Source of the DNA: the human T2T-CHM13v2.0 reference genome, Homo sapiens
Direction: 5' to 3' (one strand)
DNA: 64,000 nucleotides
Assembly: GCF_009914755.1 (NCBI RefSeq)
Contig: NC_060927.1
Every line of letters begins with the position of its first letter. Within the stretch, counting starts at the first letter, position 1. A model generated the notes under the pieces. The model had not been told where the DNA came from and did not search any database. It saw only the letters and a list, made by a program, of their open reading frames with translations. Below, piece after piece: positions 1-13,600 of the stretch. The position numbers were made by a program, and so were the translations under genes.

Positions 1-715
1 TGGTAAAGATAAACGTGACCCTGGGGAGCCAGTGGCATTAAGCTGAGGGGTGAAATGTGGATAGTTGTTAATTTCCCGGAAGCAGGAGAAATAGGGGATT
101 CCAGGGAAAAGAAACCATGTGTACAATGACCAGAAAGCTAACCTCCTTCCCTTTTCCCTCTTTCCTCTCTTCGGTTTCCCTTCCTCTTTGCCTATGTTGA
201 TTGGGAACCCATTGCATGCCAGGGACTCTTAGAGCATGTATTTTTTTATTCTTAGTGTGAGCCACATGGGATGTGCTATGAGTGGTCACTTGTTGATTGA
301 TTCCATCAGCCAGCAAGTCTGTGATGCCTGTCATGTGCTAGGACCCATTTGATTGATTGGGGTGAAAATGCTAGCATTTCGTGGCAGTCACTCAACCAAT
401 TGCTCTTCTCCCTCACCCCTGGCGGTGGCTAAGGGAAGAGCAGAGGGAAAACTTCTCTTGGGGAAGAGGAGTGACAATCGAGAAAGGATTGATAGAAATT
501 GTGTGTGATTCTGAGTGTGCAGCTCTAGGTGTGAAACCCTTGTCTGATAACCAGGAGCAAATGGAGGGAGACTGCGGGTTGAGAGGGAAGCAGGGAAATG
601 ATGGGAAGAGCAAGTCCCAAAAGCAGTGGAGTCAGACAGACCCAGGTCCTTCCTGCTGAGCTGAGGCACATCGTTTGCAGAGCACCTGCCACATGCTGGA
701 CTTTGGCCTGGGCCC

Positions 716-890
716 TCCACTTTCATGATTTAACTTAACCTTCACAACAGACTGTCAGGCGAGTGTTGGCAAATCCACTTTACAAATGAAGATATTGAGG
801 CCCAGAGAGGTAAGTGATGTGCACAGGGTCACACAGTTGGTGGAGGAGTCAGGATTTAAACCCAGGTCTACCAAGGTAGAACCCAAAACT
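716..890 (-). mobile_element. MIR SINE fragment
   Basis: MIR core-like ccactttacaaatgaagatattgaggcccagagaggtaagtgatgtgcacagggtcacacag...ggatttaaacccaggtct. Confidence 0.75.
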
Positions 891-1089
891 GGTGCGTTTC
901 CCCCTGGTACCCACAGAGTCCTCAACAAGCATTGGCCCTCCCTCCTTGCCTTGGCAAACATTCACCCACCCACCAGACCAAGTGCTTATGATGTGCCGGG
1001 TACCCGTGGTGGGCTGGGTAATTTGAAAATGGATGGGTGGAAGAGAGCAGAGTCCATGGGCTCCACCACCTCTGGAACCAGGCAGGCCC

Positions 1090-1290
1090 CGGTCTGAATG
1101 GTTGCTCTGTTTCCACGGTGACCTTGGGCACAGGCCTTCTTTTCCTCTGAGCTGTTTCCTCAGCTTTACCTGGGGGCACTGAGAAACCCCCACCTCACGG
1201 GTTGTTATAAGGCTCAAGTGAGGCGATGTGTGGAAATACTCCCCCATGCTTGCATACAGGGAACACCCCAATGTTAGTCTCATCATTATT
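1090..1290 (+). mobile_element. MIR SINE fragment
   Basis: gtgaccttgggc...cctctgagctgtttcctcagct...cacctcacgggttgttataagg. Confidence 0.65.
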
Positions 1291-3699
1291 GCTTGCAGTT
1301 TTTACAAATCCATGCTCCAACTTCAAAGTGCTCTCTATTTAATGGGGAATTAAGATTGGATTCATTCACCTGAAGATAATCAACATGATTCTGGAGTAAG
1401 TGTTGTCAAATCCTGGCACAGTCTGTGTTGGTACCGAGTTTGGATAAGGAGGTTATAGTGGCCCGGGGTGGTCTGGAAAGGCCTCTTGGAAGAGGTGTGA
1501 TTTCAGCATCACTTTGAGCAAGGGGAGGGGCTAGAACTGGACCTCACATTGGAGGAGTGGTGTGGAAAGGGAGAGCCAAGGATGGCTATAGGGGTTGGGA
1601 AGCCATAGGCTGGGCCAGACTTCAGAGTAGGGGAAGCATAATTATCAGAGGAAGGTCCCATGGGCAGTGGGGAGCCATTGATGTTCCTGAGTAGGGGGTG
1701 TGTTTTGGGAAAGTGGAGGTGGCACCAACAGGCCTCACATTGTGCTCTGTGCTGGGTAGCAGCTGTCTTCTTTCCTGTTTGACAACCCCTGATGTGTAAT
1801 GAACTAGAACCCCCAGTGAGAACACTGGAGCAGACGATAATTCACTCGGCTGAAGCCAGAGAAGAGCCTTATCCTGAATCACAATTAAGTTGTGTCATAA
1901 TTGTGATTGGCTCAGTATATTGATAATAATAGTACCAACACCCAGGAAACAAATGCTTACTCTATGCCAGCCTTGGTGCCAGGGCTTTTACAAGCCACTC
2001 ACAGACCCTGCACCCCTTGTTTGTGACAAGGATTTTGTAACATGGCTTTTGTCACCCTGAAACGCAACTCATAAATAATCTGCCTGCACAGATAAGTTCA
2101 AGAAAATTGATATGATGCCCTAGCTATATTATAAAGGAAAAGCAAAAAGAGAGCAAATTATAAATAAAACAGCATGTATTTCAATATGTAAATGCTCGAG
2201 CACACAAGAAAACATAATGAAGTAGTCAGGTGCTGGCACCAGCTTGTAAGAAATACATATGGATGTGAGACAGGAGAGCCGATGCACCACTGAATATTGT
2301 CTATACTTTTTCTCCATGTTTTACATTTTTAAATAAGAACTAGCCACATATGTTATTATAGAATCACCACGAATGCAATAGCTGGAATAGTGACTAATAA
2401 AAGGGTGGTTGTGTCAATCACTCACATTCCACGGACAGTACAGCCATTAGTGACATGATTTTCTGAAATGATGAACAATGCTTGGTAAAGTACTGAATTA
2501 AAGAGACAGCCTTTCCTCAATTTACATGGTAATTGCATTTCTGGAAAATTCAGTCTATATTAAAATGAGGTTAAAAAAATCTTCGAGGATATATGTAAAA
2601 CAGAGTTAGCTTCTCACTCGAATAATTATAAACAGCTCCTCCCCACCCCACAGGAAGTGGAACATGCAGAAATCTTGAGAAGCAGGAGAGTTTTTTTGCT
2701 GTGTGAGGATGGTCCCCCACACTGTAGGATTCCCAGCATCTCTAGTTATTTGCCATCAAATGCATCACCTCCATCTTTATGATGACTCGAAATGCCTCTA
2801 CATGTCTCCAGGTTGCCCCTTAGAGGATGTACTGCTCTTGTTGCAATCACTAACTTATGTTATGTCATTTAATCTTCACAATAATTCTTTGAAGTAGGTA
2901 TTTTTGTTTCCACTTTATAGGTGGGCACACTGAGGCTTAGCGAGGTACAGTAACCTGCTCAAGGTCACAGAGCTGGGACTGGAAGCCCCTCTGTTTTTCT
3001 GTCTCACTATGGCATTTAATACTGAGTTATTGTTTTACGGAGCTATGTGCCTTCAAATTAATTCAACATGCACTTATTAAACACCTACTGGGTTTTAGGT
3101 ATTCTGGTAAGTCAAGGAGACATAAAGGCAAATATCTAAGACTTGGTCCTGTGCAGCATATGGGATTGTCCAGAGAGAGAGAGAGAACATGGCTCTGGAA
3201 AGGAATGGAACAAGTTCTTTATGCCCAGAATGGGCAGCCCTCGAGGGTATATGAAGAGAAACAGGCTGGATTGGTAGGTAGAGATCAGCTTATGAAGGGA
3301 TTGTAGACAAGCCTAGTAAGAAATTGAGAGCAATGGAGAGGCACCAAAAGGCTTAAAGCCAGGGGATTCTATGACCAAGCTTTATAAAAAGGCCACCATA
3401 AAATGTGGCATGTGGAATGAATAGGAGGGGGCTGAGACCAGAACACATGCCATTAAGTAGTTTGGGTAGGAGATAGTGACAACTTTGAGGTGGAGAGAGA
3501 GGAAGAATTTGTGAAATAAGCAAGAGTATGAGTCAGCCCTCTGTGACCCAATGTAGAGGGTAAAGGAGACACAGCAGCCCAAGATGAAGCCCAGCTTTCT
3601 GGCTTGAGTGCCCAGTGCTCAGTGGTGCTGGTAGGCGAAATGGAGAAATATGGTAGGAGGCAGTGTTTTGGCTGGAGTTGAGGGAGACCATTCTTTGAG

Positions 3700-3778
3700 G
3701 ACCCATTAATGTCTGTGACTCTGCAAGTAGACCCATTAATGTCTGTGACTCTGCAATGTCTGTGACTCTGCAAGTAGA
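3700..3778 (+). repeat. Perfect nested micro tandem duplication
   Basis: GACCCATTAATGTCTGTGACTCTGCAA occurs twice, with a third TGTCTGTGACTCTGCAA core. Confidence 0.9.
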
Positions 3779-3869
3779 GATATTTGGGTAGCAGACAGGT
3801 ATGTCTGAGCTCAGGTGAGAGATGTGTGCAGTGGAATCGTTAGCATGTATGTTAGGATTTCTTTTCCTG

Positions 3870-4020
3870 GAGCCTGTGGATGTTTCAAGGTATCCATGAG
3901 CTCCTTGGAATTGTATAAAAATTCTGAGATTGTGTGATATGTACTTTTTTCTAGGGTGAGGGTCTGTAGATATCGTCTTATTTTTAAGGGACCTGTGTCT
4001 TCCCAAAATGAGAAACCTCT
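3870..4020. mobile_element. hAT-Charlie MITE (Charlie4z-like)
   Basis: tccatgagctccttggaattgtataaaaatt...ttttctagggtgagggtctgtaga resembles the recalled consensus. Confidence 0.5.
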
Positions 4021-5457
4021 AATATGCCATATTTTGTCTAATCTAAGTTACATCATTATTTTATGTACCAGAAGGTACATAATGCTTTCAATTAAGAACA
4101 TTTACCAGAAGTATAAACACTTCCAATTAATCTACTATCCACTGCTTTAACATTATTCCTGTGTGACACGTGGAATAGTCACACCAGACTCTACTGTTGC
4201 TTTGAAGTTTCTTCCAAAGGAATTGGCAGATTCTTCTGACCTCAGGTGTGTTTTCTGGGGTATTTTTTGGCAACCAGTTTGTGGTAACAGAATGTAACAT
4301 AGCTTCATTTACTTGGGGTTCTTGGATCCATAAAGTAATTGGCTGTTTCTTTGCAAGAAAATATGGAAGTGTGATCATCTCACCAATGATTTCTATTTTC
4401 TTTACAGTATCAAAATTTATCCCTATTTCTGTGCCTTTCTACAGAGACATAGTGTAATCTTTTTAAAAGACATTCTAAATCTCACACAGCAATTGACTAA
4501 ATTAATTTAAAATATTTTATCTAACAAAACCCTTAGCTCAGCTATAGTGATGAAATAGGAACAGCTATGCCCTTGGTCCCTTCCATTCCGGCAGTGGAAA
4601 CTACATTGCAGCTGCCATGTGGGAGCCATCCTGATTTCAGAGATAATAAGGTGAACCATTTTTAAAACATGTTTCTTAGAACTGATGGAATTGAAGCTCT
4701 GGGAACAAGTGGGACAGCCAGGATGAGAATGCAAGAGAGAAGAGCACAAGAGTGAAGATGGGACTTGGGGGACACCAACATGTAAGGGGCTGAGAGGAAG
4801 AGGAAGCTGAAGGGTTCCCTGAGAAGAAGGGAAAATCCAGGCTAATGAGGCTTCAAGGCGGGAGAAGGAGGGCAAGGGTTGTAAGATGTGTGCTGGGCTG
4901 GGCATGCCCATTGGAACTGGCCATACTGGGTAACAGCAGCTTCCATGGCGTGCTGGAACTTCCGGGAAGTGGAGCCAGCTTATGCATTCCTCCCTGTCAA
5001 AAGGTTTATCCTTGAAGAGGGGGAAGCAGGGAGGCTGAAATCAAAGAAGACACATGGAGGTTGTAGCTTGGATGACACCATTATCTAAAAGGGGGACACA
5101 GAAGGAGGAACAGATTTGGAGGAGACAGTAATAATTTTGGTGTTGAGTATGTAGAATTGTAGGTCTTCATAGGAAATCCAGGTAGACATATACATAAGAG
5201 GTTGAAAATATGGGTCTTAAATTCAAGAGATACCACTGCATGAGGAGGATTAAAGAGCATCAGTACATTGGTGGCTCCTAAACCCATAGGAATAGGAAAG
5301 AAAACCCAGGAGAGTGTTTAGAGAATAGGATCCGGGTGAGGCCCCACTTCTGGGAAGCAGTTTGGAAATCTGTAGAGAGCAGCTTCCTTTGAGAGCTACC
5401 TGTGAGGCAGGACTTGTTCCTATGCCTAACACAGTAGCTGGCAGATAACAGATGCTA

Positions 5458-5822
<365 letters not shown>

Positions 5823-8800
5823 GCAGGAAGTAATGAATCTGTGAAAGAGACTTAAAAAAATCATGGAGAAAGGAGGCAGAAAACTAGAAAAGTCCAATGA
5901 AGGAAAGTTTTAAAGCTGCAAAGATAGGAGATGAGCAAGCATGAAGAAGCCATTAGGTTGGACTATTTTAATAGTCCCTGGGGGACCCTGGTGTCCTGTG
6001 GGATGGCTGCCAAGTAGAGAAATGAAAGAAAGAGGATAGACAGCTTTCAAGTGAGGTGAGAACAAGAGGTGAGCATTGATTCTTCTTCCAAGAAATGAAG
6101 CAGTTTTGAAAGGAGCATGTTGCAACCATCATGGGTTAGCTGGGAGGGATCCATGTTGCTCAGGATCCCTGAGGAAGAGCCCAGGAGAGCCCAGAGTCCT
6201 TGGCCAATTGGATGGATGGGAGGAGAGTCTGCCTTTCAGAACAGGGGATGCTTGCAGGAACAAGGCAGCACCTTGCTCTTTCTGGCTCCAAATGCGGCCC
6301 CTGAGTATGGGATCCCTCCTCTCCACAACTCCATCCCAAGTGTGTTTAAGGGAGTAAGAGGACATGGGGTGGTGCTTCTCATCTGGCAGTGTCCCCCCAC
6401 TGGCACATCCTTGCCTGGGGAACTTGTGGTTTAATGGTGCCCTTGGTCACCATGGTGACACCAGCCTTCTAGTCTAAGAGAGATGGATGGGGTTTAAATC
6501 ATTATTAGCCAAGGTTCCGAGTATGTTTTCCAGGCAGTAAATAATAACTCCTAATACCAGTGTAAGCTTGGCTGGGCACTGTTGGAATGTTTATGTTGCT
6601 TGGGCTTGTTTTCATTTTGGGTTTGTTTTCTTTTCATGGTCTTTATGGTAGAGCTACGTAAAAATCAGTAGCATTGACTCCCTAGCTAACCTTAATTCAC
6701 CATGAAATAGGCTTAAACACTAGACTCCCTCATCGAGTGAATTTTGGATATCCTGTGGACAGGGATTTAAATTGGGCTCAGCCTTCTTAATGAGCATGGT
6801 TGCTATTTAAGTATCTTGTCACCGTTGCACACAGTGCTTGTGTCTTTCCTTGGAGGTGATTTTTCCCAACCTGGAGAACTCTGCCTGCTTTGTGTCCTGG
6901 GTTCTTCTTGCTTTAAGGACTTTCTTCATGTAGCACATTCTAGATCAGGACTCTGGAGCAATGGGAACATGCTGTGCCTCCTTCAAAGTTTAGCTCCAGG
7001 AGGTGCTCTCTGGCACACCACTGCCAGCCAAGCTGCTCACACCACTGTGCATATGCCTGAGGCCCTCTGCTGCCATCCTGTGAACTGTCAGTCATATACA
7101 TCTGTTCTAGGGTTAGCTCACACACCCTTGAGGGCAGGGACCCAGGTCATTCATCAGCATGCTCTCAGAATCCAGCATAGGGCCTGGCACACTGTAGGCT
7201 CAGTGGATGGATATGAATGGAATTCAACTGCGAGTATTTTACTCTCAGATGGAGAGACTGAAATGAGAACATGGACTGTTCACACCAGAGCCTATTGCAG
7301 ACATATGGGGTTATGTCCTGTTATGTTCTGTTTGTTCTTACCGTGTTATTGAGGTCTGAATTTATTCATGCACCAACTATTTGCAGTCCATGTAGGTCTT
7401 CCCAGGAAGTGTTTCAGAGCCTGTAGAGATGAATAAAGCCCTTGCCTTTGAGTAGATACCAAGTAAAGAGAAAGCCAGGTCTGTGAACAGCTGACTGTAT
7501 TACAAGGCAGAATGAAATAAGGGCTAAGTAGAAGGAGGAAGGGAAGCTACTGTCTCCTGAGGGCTAATGTGTCAGGTCACTGTACCTGGTGCTGTGTAGA
7601 CATGGGCTCATTTAATCCTTACATCTACCAAGAGAGGTGGGAACTATGGTCTATGATTCACAGATTAAGAGCCTGAGGCTTAAAGGGATTGAGTTCATCT
7701 GCTGCATTGCTATCCCCATTTTATAGAAGAGAATATCAAGACCTAGAAAGATAATAGCTTGCCAAAAGTCAGCCACATGCACACAGAGTGCCAGAGGCTG
7801 GATGTGAACTTTGATTTTCTGAAGCCAAGATGGCTCCCCGTATCTGCATGCCACATTGCTCAGTGTGTTGCAGGCTGTGACAGGAGTGTTTTGTTCTGCC
7901 TGGATGGCCTCTTACTGAGTCCTAGAAGACATGGTCATTGAACTGGTCTTGAAGGTCAGCAAGATTTTCATAGGTAGAGAAGAGGAAAGGACCTTCCTTT
8001 CCTCATCTCCACTGTCCCACTCAGGTGAAGGGTGACATGAAAGCAAAGGTTTGCAGGCAGGGAAGTGAAGGGTTTGTTCAGGGGACACAGGAGGACATGG
8101 TGTGAGATGAATGTAGTTGGCTCATAGGGGAACTCAAACTCCCGAGGGGTCCGTTCGGGGCTTCGGAGTTGAATGGCTCTGAGCTTGAATCCTGCCTTTA
8201 TCTAGCTTTGGAATCATAGGTCAAATGCACAACTTCTGGGTGCTTCAGTGTCCATCTCTGTGAAATGGGAATAATATTTTCTGTCTTCTAGAATTGGATA
8301 ATGTAAGAATAAGGCACATCAAGGAAATGATAAATGTCAGTCCTATTATTATTAGCTATCTTCTGATCTTCCATTTCTCCCAAGTGAAGCATTTTTCCCT
8401 CTTGAGCCCTCTGTGTCCAACTAGGATGTCTCTCATTACCAAATAATAGAGTCTTGGACTCTCAGGACTGGAATGAGCCATGGGTGTAGGTGATCTTTAT
8501 GTTCTCAGCCATCAGTGAGAAGAAAGAGTGACACTATTCCCTAAGCTCTTAGATGTTAGATTTCTTACCCCAGCCCCGATGATGCCTGACAGGAAAACAC
8601 CCCTCCCTTGTGACCTCTCAGGGTTGGGAGGGGCGTTTTCCTGTCAGTATCTGAGAAGTCTCAGCAACTTTCCCCCCAGTAACTGCGCGTGAGCCCCTAG
8701 CAACCATGTACCCCTCAATGGAGAGCCCCCAAGCTCCTTCCTCACCAGGTTCCTGGCACATCCGAAAGGTTGGAGATATTCGTTGACCTTGGCTACTCTT

Positions 8801-9663
8801 GAAAGCCTGGCATCCCTCTTTACAGGGCAGGCTTCCTCCCTGTTGGGTGTGTCTGTGATGGTGCACTTGGGTCCCCGGCTTCCCTTCAACTCAGCTTTGA
8901 TTTCCTTCTATCCTTTTAAATTGGAGTAGATCTTATTTGGTTTCATCCAGATATAATTTTTTCCCTTCCTTCTAGGCACTGTCTGCACCCTGGCCCATCA
9001 GCCGCCACAGTTAGGACTTCAGAGAGGATTCTCATCCATAGTGGCCGCTCTGGCTGATTCCCTCTGTCCTTCATTTGAGTCTGGCTGCTGCAGCTCCTCC
9101 AAACAGCTGTGTGTGCTTCTTCTCTGTCCAGAGGTCTTTCTTATCTCTGGGTTCTATTCACTCAGATTTTCCCAGCCAATGGATTATCACCTCTTAACAC
9201 CAGCCTTCCACTGCTGCCCCCATCTATCAGGGAGAAGATCCATAAGGATTGTCAAGAGCCATTTCCCAGTGTCCCTCACAGCTGAGACAGAGCTGATTCC
9301 TGCCTCTTTGTCTGTGGTCTTGAACCCTCAGATATGTTGTTCTCTGCCAGCCAAGGCCACTCACTCACTGGGTTGGAGAGGCATTGCTTATTGCACAGTG
9401 ATGGTGAGTAAAGACAGTCACAATCTTTCTAATTATTGAGCTGTCTTCATGTCAGATGCTTTGCAGAGTGATCTCTAACCAATCCTCACGACATCATTTG
9501 AAATAGGCATTATCCTCATTTCACACAGAAGATGGAAGCTTAGGAAGGTCTCATGGACCGCCAAGCCCATGCATGCGCCTTGTGCTTGGTGATGGGGCCC
9601 ATGCCAAATTTGGCCATCCTGTCAGGCCCATTTTAAACTGGCAGAGAAGGCTAAACCTGTGGT

Positions 9664-10006
<343 letters not shown>

Positions 10007-10289
10007 CTAACTGCTCTTTACACAGACAAAACTTTCTGAAGACTTCCTGATTCCTTTTATTGCTGTTCCTGGTTGACTACAGGTGTAGAAGGATGGTCAC
10101 TCTTAAGGGTCCACCTTCAGCTCCTGGGTTGTCCTCAGAATCTTCTCTTCCTGTCTGAGTAGAAGGAAACAGTGTGGATCATTTGGGCTAGTGCCTCCAT
10201 TTGGTGAGAAACAACAAAACAGCAACAGGACCCACCCAAGATCACAGAGGCAATTGGTGGTTAGATATTTAGCTTCCATGTTTGACTCC

Positions 10290-10690
10290 TTATAATGGAG
10301 ACCTCAGAGAACAGAAGCATAAACAGGATAGTTTATTTCTCTCTCCCATAACAGCATGGGTGTGAGCTGCCCAGTTTCAGGGACCCAGACTCCTTCTGTT
10401 CTGTTGCTTTGCTTTCCTTAGGGTGTTGCCCTCATTTACATGGCCTAAGATGGCCCAAGACTGTTTTCATTTCAGCCCATGGGAAGGGCAAGAAAGGAAG
10501 GATGGGTTACAGCCCTTCCCTTTAAGGACTTGACCTGGAAGCTGTACCTGGCACCTTCATTTCTATCTTGTTGGCCAGAACATAGATGGCCACGCCCACC
10601 TACAGAGGAAGCTGGGAAATGTCTTTATTTGGGGCAGCCATGGGTCCTTTTGAAAATGAGGGGTTTTGTTACTGCAGAAGAGGGAGAATA
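10290..10690 (-). mobile_element. Old MaLR solo LTR (MLT1K/L-like)
   Basis: ttggccagaacatagatggccacgcccacctacagaggaagctgggaaatgt matches the MLT1 pattern. Confidence 0.65.
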
Positions 10691-13600
10691 GAGTCATGGT
10701 CTCTGTGCTGTGGTGGGATGGAGACCACCTGCTGGGCTGTTCCCAGCTCCAGTCCTGCCCCTCAACACCTTTCTTCTCTTCCTTCTCAACCCAGCCCAGG
10801 GATAGTGCCCTGAAACATGGATCCCACATGGGTCAGTGTTTAGTTAGATTATTTTAGGCCCCACACACGGGCTAATTTTCACAGCTAATGATACACCACT
10901 TGCACTTGTACAAAAATTATAACTTTAGCTCTTCATGGAAATACCACTGCATTGTTAAAATACCATTACCCCCTTGAAGAAATGCCACTGTTTTCTTGTG
11001 AAAACATGACTCTACCTATTTAGAATTTGGTTGCTTAAAACAGAAAGTTTTCCCCTACATTTACTATTTCTGTTAGAATGTTCTAGAACAACACCTCCAA
11101 CAGTGGCAAAAATTGTGAGGAGGCCACATGTGTCCAGGGTGGCCTTTCTTCTTTAGATATGCATTCTCTTGCATTTTATTCCCAAAGATAAATAGTATCT
11201 TTGTGGGAGTTATGCCAGACTGTTAGTTGACTGCTTTAGTGTTCTTTCCTGGGAATACAGGTAGTAGTCTCTAAAAAACCAAAGGGGAGAAAAATCAGTT
11301 AATATTTAAAAGAGTGATTGTCTAGGGATTGGATGTTCAGTGCCATGCTTTCTGGCCGTATGGGATGGGCAGATGCACCTGAGAGATAGAAGCGAGACTG
11401 GCTGGAAGGGGATGCAGGGGAGAGGCGGGACTGCACAGTGTCCTCTGGCTGGGAGAGTGGGCGATGGATTATGAGTTGCTGCCAAATGTCAGGCAAGCTG
11501 AACACTTGAGGTTAAAAACAGCCAGAGGAGAAGACAAGATGGCAGCACCTGGCCACACGTGTGGCAGAGTGCAGCATGTGTGCTGGAGAGAGCAGACTTC
11601 CGAGCACTTCCAGCATTGTGACCTAGAATTCCCTAGGCTTGGAGAGATTTTTGTCTGCCTAGGCTCGGAGGAATTTTTGTCTGCAAAGTGGGGAAAGAAC
11701 CTACTCAAGTGGTGTGAAAATTAGTTAGAGATACTGTATGAGATATTTCTGGCACCCAGTAGGTGTTCAGTTAATAGCAGCATTTTCCAAGGCTCTGGGT
11801 ATCAGGTTCACAGAAGGTTCAACCCAAATCCGTGTCAGGACCCTGGATAGCTCCAAGGAGTCCTGGTCCTTTGGCTGACTGAGAGAGCAAGGAAGGACCT
11901 CAGAAACCATCCATCTGGTCCTTTCCCACAAATCCAGAAAGAGTTCTTTCCACTCGTGGTCCACGGGATGATTTCAGTGATAATCCATGAACCCAGACTG
12001 CAGAGCATCCAATTACGAAGTGAGACAGCTCTTCCCTTTTCATGTCCCTTAAGGTGAAAGGTATGCTGAGGTGCTGGTTTATCTTTAGCACCTCTCTAGA
12101 ACTTGCTTCTCCTGCTTTTGAACAAAGACAGAACACAGCTCAGACTCAGAGTCTTTGGCTAGAATTTAATCACATTTTATTTTCGTCACATTTATTTTTG
12201 TAGTTACTTTCCATTTGCAGTAAGAGATCATAGTTTTCTGTTTATGGTGGTAATTCACAGTTTTCTCATTATGTATATTTGTTTAATATAAAAGAGTGTA
12301 CTAATATATAGATAATATTAAGTAAATAATACAAAGGTGCTATGTGTATATGGCCAAAAAATACTGGGAAGATGCTATGAATGATTGAAGTTTGGATTAG
12401 TCTATCCTTGCCTCTTCGTAGATGGTAAATGCCAGCCCAGAGAGGGTATGGAACTGGCCCCAGCTGCCCAGCACATTGGATCTTCTGATTTTGTGGTCCT
12501 AGGTTCTTGCCCCACACTGCCCTGCTTTTTTGGATGCCTTTTGAACAAGACTTGGCTTTCCAATTGACTCCATTATCCTGGAAATCTTAGGGTGGGGTGG
12601 CCCTTCTACAATGTTTGTGGCATTCCAAATGATCAGACAATCTCCTTGCTCTGAAATAAATGGCCGTGTCCTGGGCGTAGGGGGAAAACCACCCCACAAT
12701 CCCAGTATTGGGATGTAAATGAGCAATTAGCGTCAATTAAAACAGGATACAGTATAATTACCACCAATTGTGCTAACCTTTATATTCAGAAAGCCTTGAC
12801 CTGTGAAAAGGGAATTAAACAATAGTGAAAACTCTTAACCAAGGGGTGTGTTTTGGGCAGTGATGCCTCCTTTCATGGACTGAGGGTTCTGACAGATTAG
12901 ACCCTCCTTTCTCCACGCCCACCCTTCTGGGTCTGGGCCACTACTGGCAGTGGCCAGGAACAGCCAGGCTTGATGGTACCTTGTCAGAGACCTTATTAGG
13001 CCCATCACCAAATGCTGCATAGTTCAGCATAATGCCTGAACCCTGCTGTGGCCTCTTGCCTCTTCCAGACAAATTCTAGGGCCTCAGACATCTTGAAAGG
13101 GACACTTTGTCAGGAAGCACCTTGCACCTGAACTGTCCTGCCCTCTGTATATGACCTGGTCTGTCTTTTAAAGCCAAATCCTTTGTGATGTCCTTGTTTA
13201 TAAATATGCCTCTGAAAATCTGATTCAATTTTCTGAATCCCCTTTTATGTGGACCCAGCATCACATATGGATGCAGCACAAAGCAGTGTTCCTAATGACC
13301 TGCATTGTAACCTCAGAGTTCCAGATCTCAGCCTGCTTCTTTATTCCTCTGTCCAACAAATATGTATTGAGCACACCTTATGTGCTATATACACTGTCCT
13401 GGGTGCTGTGGATGCAGCAGGGAAAATAAAAGACCAAACCCTTATATTGTAAAAATCTTAAACTTACAAGGCAAGAAAATTGCTGATGGAGAGCAGCTTT
13501 AGGTGCTGGGAGGATGCGGGAATGACAGGGGTGATGAATGTGGGATGGGGCTCAGGGAGGACGGGGCAATTCATCCTCTCAGCAACATCTGGGCAGACAG

